Assembly (NCBI GenBank): GCA_035761505.1
Contig: DASTQX010000475.1
Location: 1 to 59,532, forward strand
Reading direction: 5' to 3'
DNA: 59,532 bases
Origin: Pyrinomonadaceae bacterium
GTDB lineage: Bacteria > Acidobacteriota > Blastocatellia > Pyrinomonadales > Pyrinomonadaceae
Below, piece by piece: positions 54,352-59,532 of the stretch. Both the position numbers and the translations under genes were made by a program. The stretch's first letter is position 1; the number at the start of each line of letters is the position of its first letter. The notes under the pieces were generated by a model. It worked only from the letters and a program-made list of their open reading frames with translations. It did not search any database and was not told the DNA's origin.

Positions 54352-54426
54352 GAAGAAACGATGAACGATGAACGATGAACTGGAAGACACTGCTTTTGTT
54401 TTCAGTTCATCGTTCATCGTTTCTTC
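54352..54426. repeat. inverted GAACGAT heptamer runs (3 units facing 2), 24-bp stem with a one-heptamer bulge
   Basis: GAAGAAACGATGAACGATGAACGATGAACTG (54352-54382) faces CAGTTCATCGTTCATCGTTTCTTC (54403-54426). The right arm encodes the last codons and the stop of rsgA. Confidence 0.85.
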
Positions 54427-55505
54427 GTCGTCTTGTTGAAGGCGCGGGTGATTCTTTTGACGCGGGACTTCTCTTCCTGCGACTTGCGTTGATCCTGCCG
54501 GGTTTCGAGTTGGCGCATCTCGGCCTGCATCTTCTGGTAGTTGCGGTAGCGCTCAGCGTCGAGCGTGCCTGCGGCGAGCGCTTCGCGCATGGCGCAGCCG
54601 GGCTCGTTCTCGTGGCGACAGTCGCTGAAGCGGCAGCGCAGAGAGACCTCTTCGATTTCGTCGAAGGTCTCTCGGAGCCCGCGCTCGCTGACGAGCAGTT
54701 GGAGTTCGCGCATCCCCGGCGTGTCGAGGAGAAGTCCGCCGCGCGGCATGACGAACAGCTCGCGGTGCGTCGTCGTGTGCTTGCCGCGCTCGTCTCCGGC
54801 GCGCACCTCCTGCGTCCGCTGCACGTCGGAGCCGAGCAGGCGGTTGACGAGCGTGGACTTGCCGACGCCGGACGAGCCCATCAGAGCGACCGTGCGCCCG
54901 CGCCCCGTGAAGGGCAGAAGCTGCTCGACTCCCTCGCCGCGCTTCGCGCTCAGAGAGAGGACGGGCGCTCCCGGCGCGACCAGCTCGACTTGCTTCCGCT
55001 TCTCTTCGGCGTCGGCGGCGAGGTCGGCTTTGTTGAGGACGACGACCGGCTCCGCGCCGCTCTCCCAAGCCATGATGAGGTAGCGCTCGATGCGGCGCGG
55101 GTTGAAGTCGTTGTCGAGCCCCGTCACGAGGAAGACCGTATCCACGTTGGCCGCGACAATCTGCTCCTGCGTCTCGCGGCCCGCCGCCTTGCGCGAGAAC
55201 TTGCTCCGGCGCGGGAGGATTTCGTAAATCTTCGCCTTGTCCTCTTCGCCGACGCGCCGGATGACGACCCAATCGCCGACCGCCGGGAGGTCTTCGGCCC
55301 CGCGCGCGTGGTAACGGAGTCGGCCCGTCGGCTCGGCCCAAGTCTCGCCCGACGCCGTGTAGAGCATGTAGATTTTGTTGTGTTGGAGCGAGACGCGCCC
55401 CGCCTCGTAGCCTTCGGCGGCGGCGGGCGCGAAGGCGTCGGCGAAGTGTTCGTCCCAGCCGTAGTCTTCGAGCGTCAGCATCGTGGGCGAGTGCGGATCG
55501 TTCAT
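54414..55505 (-). CDS. rsgA: ribosome small-subunit-dependent GTPase A (circularly permuted GTPase)
   Basis: 363 aa. G4 VLNKADL precedes G1 GSSGVGKSTLVN. C-terminal zinc knuckle CRFSDCRHENEPGC. Confidence 0.9.
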   Translation of the reverse strand: MNDPHSPTMLTLEDYGWDEHFADAFAPAAAEGYEAGRVSLQHNKIYMLYTASGETWAEPTGRLRYHARGAEDLPAVGDWVVIRRVGEEDKAKIYEILPRRSKFSRKAAGRETQEQIVAANVDTVFLVTGLDNDFNPRRIERYLIMAWESGAEPVVVLNKADLAADAEEKRKQVELVAPGAPVLSLSAKRGEGVEQLLPFTGRGRTVALMGSSGVGKSTLVNRLLGSDVQRTQEVRAGDERGKHTTTHRELFVMPRGGLLLDTPGMRELQLLVSERGLRETFDEIEEVSLRCRFSDCRHENEPGCAMREALAAGTLDAERYRNYQKMQAEMRQLETRQDQRKSQEEKSRVKRITRAFNKTTKKR

Positions 55506-55933
55506 TTCATCTTGAGGTTAATCGTCCCGCGACACTTCGGCGCGCCGCAGCGGCAGCGCTTCGTGTCCGGGTGGTAAGACTCGACGTAATCGAGCGTGAT
55601 CTCCTCGCCGGGCCGGATGTCGCGCAGCGCGAAGAAGATGATGTGGCCGTGGATGATGCGGACGAAGCTGTTCGGCTCGCACGAGTGGTTGACGTACTGC
55701 GTGCCGTTGCCGCCCCGGCTGCCGTCTATGCCCCAGTACGTGTCAATCGCGCAGATGTGCAGCCGCTTGCGCCCGCGCATCCGCCGCGCCGCCTCGACCC
55801 GCGCGATGCGCTCGCCCGTCAACTCCGCGATCTTCCGCCCCTTGCGGAACGGCGCGGTTGCGAAACAACCCTTCCCGTCAATCCCCGACGGGCGCACCTC
55901 GATGCCTTCGGCCAGCTCTGCTTTCATCTTCAT
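55502..55933 (-). CDS. SET domain protein (putative protein-lysine methyltransferase)
   Basis: Start at MKMKAELAEG (rc of 55931-55933); the track N-terminal extension is translated heptamer repeat. Motifs GKGCFA, YVNHSCEPN, EEITLDY and post-SET CRCGAPKCRG. ATGA overlap with the rsgA start. Confidence 0.85.
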   Translation of the reverse strand: MKMKAELAEGIEVRPSGIDGKGCFATAPFRKGRKIAELTGERIARVEAARRMRGRKRLHICAIDTYWGIDGSRGGNGTQYVNHSCEPNSFVRIIHGHIIFFALRDIRPGEEITLDYVESYHPDTKRCRCGAPKCRGTINLKMK

Positions 55934-55935
55934 AG

Positions 55936-56047
55936 TGAGCAGTGAGCGGTGAGCAGTAAGCAGTGAAAAGAAGAAAGCCGTTCTCCGTCTTGAGTTCTGA
56001 GATTTGAAATCGCTTCTACTGCTCACTGCTCACTGCTTACCGCTTAC
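55936..56047. repeat. inverted GTRAGCR heptamer runs
   Basis: GTGAGCAGTGAGCGGTGAGCAGTAAGCAGTG (from 55936) faces CTACTGCTCACTGCTCACTGCTTACCGCTTAC (to 56047). The left arm begins 3 nt upstream of the SET start codon. The right arm covers the DUF1287 stop codon. Confidence 0.85.
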
Positions 56048-56750
56048 TTTCTTCCTTCGGCCCGGTGTAGCGGTAGTGGCCGGTGATTTTCCAGTTGAAG
56101 AGCACGTCCTCCAACTGCGGCCCCGCGCCGATGTTGTGGACGATCATCAGGCGGCTCTCGTCCGCCGCCGAGGGCACGTTGACGACGATGCCGATGTGCG
56201 TCAACTGATTGCCCAAGTCCCAAGTCACGATGTCGCCGGGCTTGTAGTCGCGCGCGTCTTCGGTCACGGGCAGCCCCGCGCCCTGCCGCTCGAAGAAGAC
56301 CATCAGGTTCGGCACGCGGCGGTGATCAATGTTCGTGTCCGTCTTCTTCAAGCCCCACTTGCGCGGGTAGAGCCGGAAGTTGCGCGACATGTCTTCGTGC
56401 ACCTCTTTCTGGAGGTCAACGCCCACTTTGCGGTAAGAGCGGATAACCTCGTCGGTGCAGACGCCGACTTCCGCCGGCACGTCGCCGCCGGGGTACTCGA
56501 TCTTGAAGTAGGTGGGGTCGTAGCGCACCGTCTGGCTCGTCCGCTCAATCGCCGCCTCGACCAGCTTGTCGAGAAAAGGCGAGCCGCTCGAAGGACGCGG
56601 CGCACGGCTCTCCTGCGGCTGTGCCGTCGCCGTCGCGGGACGCGCGGCGGTCGTCGGCGACACGCCCGAACTGACGCCGCAGCCGTTTACGAAAAGCGCC
56701 GCCGCCGCCGCGACGCAACGCAGAAGATTCGCAGGCATTCGAGTCTCCAT
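56037..56750 (-). CDS. DUF1287 domain-containing lipoprotein
   Basis: YDPTYFKIEYPGGDVPAEVGVCTDEVIRSYRKVGVDLQKEVHEDM...NIDHRRVPNLMVFFERQG matches DUF1287 as I recall it. Lipobox LFVNGC. Start is 56750 or 56738; the track gives 56822. Confidence 0.75.
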   Translation of the reverse strand: METRMPANLLRCVAAAAALFVNGCGVSSGVSPTTAARPATATAQPQESRAPRPSSGSPFLDKLVEAAIERTSQTVRYDPTYFKIEYPGGDVPAEVGVCTDEVIRSYRKVGVDLQKEVHEDMSRNFRLYPRKWGLKKTDTNIDHRRVPNLMVFFERQGAGLPVTEDARDYKPGDIVTWDLGNQLTHIGIVVNVPSAADESRLMIVHNIGAGPQLEDVLFNWKITGHYRYTGPKEESKR

Positions 56751-56899
56751 AAATCCCTCAAGCACGCTCCGGCAACTCGTGCGGATTATACAGCATCCCC
56801 CGCGCCGCGAGCTTTCGGCCACGCGTGTCCCGCCGTCCGCGTTGCTGTTATAATTGACGCACCTTCACCCTCGGCCCGCAACACGAAAGGCGCTCTGAG

Positions 56900-57124
56900 A
56901 TGACGGACGAAGAGAGACAACGGCAGATGGACTTTATCGTCAACCAGCAGGCGGAATTTAGCGTCAGGCTTGACCGCCTCGGTGACAAGGTAGAAGGGCT
57001 GGCCGACGCGCAACGGCGCTCCGATGAGAGATGGGCGCGGACTGAGGAAGGCATTCGCTCACTGCTCGCCAGAGTACTCAAGAGGCGAAGCGAGGAAGGA
57101 CAAGGGGAACAGACGGGTGATTAA
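56900..57124 (+). CDS. small hypothetical coiled-coil protein (74 aa), uncertain
   Basis: The ORF has a charged heptad-like sequence, MTDEERQRQMDFIVNQQAEFSVRLDRLGDKVEG... The RBS is weak. Its stop overlaps the proposed GTG start of rlmN (GTGATTAA). Confidence 0.35.
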   Translation: MTDEERQRQMDFIVNQQAEFSVRLDRLGDKVEGLADAQRRSDERWARTEEGIRSLLARVLKRRSEEGQGEQTGD

Positions 57125-58211
57125 AGAAGCAGTACATCTGACGGGGCTCGCGCGCGAGGAGCTTGAGCGATTCGTCGAGGAGTTGGGCGAGCCCGCGTAC
57201 CGTGGGCGGCAAATCTTCGCGGCGGTGCAGCGGAGGCGTCTGCGCTCTTTCGAGGAGATGACCGACCTGCCGAAAGAGTTTCGCGCGCGGCTGGCCGAGC
57301 GGGCGACGGCCTCGACGCTCACGGTCGAGTCGCGTTACGTGGCGGCGGACGGCACGCGCCGCTACTTGATGAAGACCTCGGACGGGCTGCCCGTCGAGAC
57401 CGTCTTCATCCCCGAAGAGCGGCGCGACACCATCTGTTTTTCCTCACAGTCGGGCTGCCCGCTCCAGTGCGACTTCTGCCTTACGGCGAAGCTCGGCCTG
57501 CTCCGCACGCTGACGGCGGGCGAGATCGTCGAGCAGGTCGTCATCGCCTTGAACGACGCCTACGGCGTGGGCGCGAAGACGCCGCGCGGCACGAACCTCG
57601 TCGCGATGGGCGCGGGCGAGCCGTTCCTCGCCTTCGACTCTCTGATGCAGGCGCTCCGCGTGATGGCAGACCGCGAAGGGCTCTTCATCGTCCCGAACCG
57701 CGTCACGGTCTCGACCGCCGGGGTCGTGCCGAAGATCAGGGAGCTGGCGCGGATACCCGAACGCCCGCACCTCGCCATCTCGCTCGCCGCGCCGACCGAC
57801 GAACTGCGCGACCGGCTGATGCCGATCAACAAGCGCTGGCCGCTCAAGGAACTTCTGGCCGCGTGCAAGGAGTTCGAGCAATCGCTCCGCCCCGGCGAGC
57901 GCTTCACGTTCGAGTACGTCATGCTTGACGGCGTGAACGACTCGGATGAGCACGCGCGACAACTGGCGCGGCTCCTGAACCGCCACAACTTGCGCGCGAA
58001 GATCAACCTCATCCCGCACAATCCCGCCGACCCGCTCCCCTATCGCCCTTCCGCGCCGGAGCGCGTCGAGTCTTTCAAGGCCGTCCTCGAAGCGAAAGGC
58101 GTCCACGCCTTCGTCCGCCGACCGAGGGGCCGCGACATCTACGCCGCCTGCGGCCAACTCGCCGCGCGCGGCGGCGAGCCGAACCGGCCAGCCCTCTTTC
58201 AAATATCCTGA
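57117..58211 (+). CDS. rlmN: 23S rRNA/tRNA (adenine-C2)-methyltransferase RlmN, canonical copy
   Basis: N-terminal accessory domain LEELGEPAYRGRQIFAAVQRRRLRSFEEMTDLPKEFR. CFSSQSGCPLQCDFC cluster. C-terminal AACGQL. Start is GTG 57117 (my choice) or the track's 57024. Confidence 0.85.
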   Translation: MIKEAVHLTGLAREELERFVEELGEPAYRGRQIFAAVQRRRLRSFEEMTDLPKEFRARLAERATASTLTVESRYVAADGTRRYLMKTSDGLPVETVFIPEERRDTICFSSQSGCPLQCDFCLTAKLGLLRTLTAGEIVEQVVIALNDAYGVGAKTPRGTNLVAMGAGEPFLAFDSLMQALRVMADREGLFIVPNRVTVSTAGVVPKIRELARIPERPHLAISLAAPTDELRDRLMPINKRWPLKELLAACKEFEQSLRPGERFTFEYVMLDGVNDSDEHARQLARLLNRHNLRAKINLIPHNPADPLPYRPSAPERVESFKAVLEAKGVHAFVRRPRGRDIYAACGQLAARGGEPNRPALFQIS

Positions 58212-58345
58212 GCGCGGGCGGCGAACCGAACGACTCGGACGCGGCATCTCTCCAACTCCGGCCCGCCGACCGTGTTTGAAGGTTTCGGGCGGCGGAAGGT
58301 AGAATCGCTCTCAACTTTTTAAGCTTTCAGGAATCCAAACAGAAC

Positions 58346-58948
58346 ATGAGACAAAACGCTTTCACCCGACGCACCACGCTGCTGCTCTTCTTCGCCATCC
58401 TGCTCGCCCCCGCGCGCTTCACTTCGAGCGCCGCGCCGAAGCCTCTCTCGCCCGCGCAAGAAGGCGACATCCAAATCAACGGCTTCTTCTCGGTTGACCC
58501 GGCGCAGCAGGGGAGCAGTTTCCAAGCCGCCATCGTGATGGAGATACCGAGGGGCTTGCACGTCAACGGCAACCGCCCGCTCGGCAAGTTCGCCATCCCG
58601 ACGACGGTCAAGGTGGACGCGCCGCGCGGGATGAAGATCAGCGCCGTCACCTACCCGCGCGCGCAGGTGCGCTCGTTCCGCTTCGGCGAAGGCGTCCCGG
58701 CGGAACGGCTCGCCGTCTATGAGGGCCGCTCCATCGTCCGCTTCAACGTCACCGTTCCCCCGAACTTCGAGCGCGGCGTGGCGCGCATCCGCGTCAACGT
58801 GCGTTACCAGAGCTGCTCCGATACGGTCTGCTACCCGCCGAGGAGTGAACAACTCACTCTGCCCATCGCCATCGTTGACCCCGGCCACCCCTTCAACCGC
58901 ATCAACGGCCAATACTTCGGCGGCGGCGGTCGCGGCAAGAGAAGGTGA
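58346..58948 (+). CDS. secreted DsbD-N-terminal-like (thiol:disulfide interchange alpha-domain) protein
   Basis: 200 aa. Signal peptide. An Ig-like domain ends in VRYQSCSDTVCYPP (Q-x-C-x3-C-x-P-P pattern). Confidence 0.6.
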   Translation: MRQNAFTRRTTLLLFFAILLAPARFTSSAAPKPLSPAQEGDIQINGFFSVDPAQQGSSFQAAIVMEIPRGLHVNGNRPLGKFAIPTTVKVDAPRGMKISAVTYPRAQVRSFRFGEGVPAERLAVYEGRSIVRFNVTVPPNFERGVARIRVNVRYQSCSDTVCYPPRSEQLTLPIAIVDPGHPFNRINGQYFGGGGRGKRR

Positions 58949-58951
58949 AGC

Positions 58952-59028
58952 GATTTTGGATTTCGGATTTTAGATTTTGGATGAGAAGACGACTTCGCCG
59001 CTCTTACTCAATCCTTTAATCCAAAGTC
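58952..59028. repeat. GATTTNN heptamer run with an imperfect inverted partner
   Basis: GATTTTG GATTTCG GATTTTA GATTTTG GATGAGA at 58952-58986. The partner is CAATCCTTTAATCCAAAGTC at 59009-59028. It lies between convergent stops at 58948 and 59030. Confidence 0.75.
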
Positions 59029-59029
59029 G

Positions 59030-59532
59030 TCAGGTCGCGCAGCGACCGACGACCGAGAGGAGCCTGCCGGTTCGACCGTAGAGCTTTTTTTCGCGGCGGT
59101 AGGAGAAGAAGAGTTCGGGGCGGCAGATGGTGCAGAGCGGGAGCGTGTGGATGCGTTCATCTCGGACGCCCGCCGCGACGAGTTGTTCGCGGTTCGCTCT
59201 TTGAAGGTCAACGAGCGCGTGCCCTTCACGCGTCGGCGTGAAGAGTTCCGAGGCGCGCGGGAACTTCGCGCGGAAGGCTTCGACGACTTCCGCGCCGACT
59301 TCGTAGCAGCACGCGCGCGCGGCGGGGCCGACGGCGGCGCGCACGTCGCGCGGGTCGGTTCCGAACTCCGTCCGCATCTTCGCTAGCGCGTGGCGAACGA
59401 TTTCGGCCAGAGTTCCCTTCCAGCCCGCGTGGACGCCCGCGCACGCGCCCGAACGCGAATCGGCCAGAAGCAAGGGTACACAGTCGGCGGTCTTGACGCC
59501 GAGGAGCACGCCCGGAATTTGCGTTACTTGCG
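59030..59532 (-). CDS. pgeF: peptidoglycan editing factor PgeF / YfiH-family (laccase-domain) protein, N-terminus beyond the window
   Basis: KTADCVPLLLAD...GVHAGWKGT...C.IC motifs. The frame stays open upstream of the track start to the window end (...QVTQIPGVLLGV). Confidence 0.8.
   Translation of the reverse strand, partial: QVTQIPGVLLGVKTADCVPLLLADSRSGACAGVHAGWKGTLAEIVRHALAKMRTEFGTDPRDVRAAVGPAARACCYEVGAEVVEAFRAKFPRASELFTPTREGHALVDLQRANREQLVAAGVRDERIHTLPLCTICRPELFFSYRREKKLYGRTGRLLSVVGRCAT

Overview
This is a high-GC bacterial chromosomal segment. Hand-counted 60-nt lines give about 65-70% G+C in core genes. Gene content suggests Acidobacteriota, an inference from a GWxTD protein, a choice-of-anchor B protein, an ECF-sigma/DUF4252 module, a sortilin/BNR protein and many exported M16 and TldD/PmbA peptidases. 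I support about 47 CDS. Housekeeping genes: dnaE, nadB, nfi, rsgA, rlmN, dps, tatA/tatC, an ABC-F ATPase, an ATP-dependent DNA ligase, mltF and pgeF. The rest are mostly envelope or secreted proteins. No rRNA, tRNA, CRISPR array, integrase or transposase was recognised. Five things stand out. (1) A lower-GC island (~2050-4960) carries a type II restriction-modification operon preceded by two tandem paralogous HTH genes and a perfect 24-bp palindrome. (2) A class of intergenic elements is built from tandem heptanucleotides arranged as inverted runs, with stems up to 33 bp perfect. At least nine loci abut start or stop codons, and they differ from the ordinary terminators in the window. (3) A 13-copy tandem array with 21-nt (higher-order 42-nt) period lies between nadB and nfi. 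(4) A REP/MITE-like palindromic element family has one copy carrying a nested insertion. (5) A small accessory block (50740-54159) encodes a Cys-rich secreted zincin-like protein, an unknown membrane-anchored protein and a frameshifted secreted gene, around an AT-rich promoter region. All functional calls rest on motif recognition by eye. No database search was run, and start codons in this GC-rich DNA are often ambiguous.
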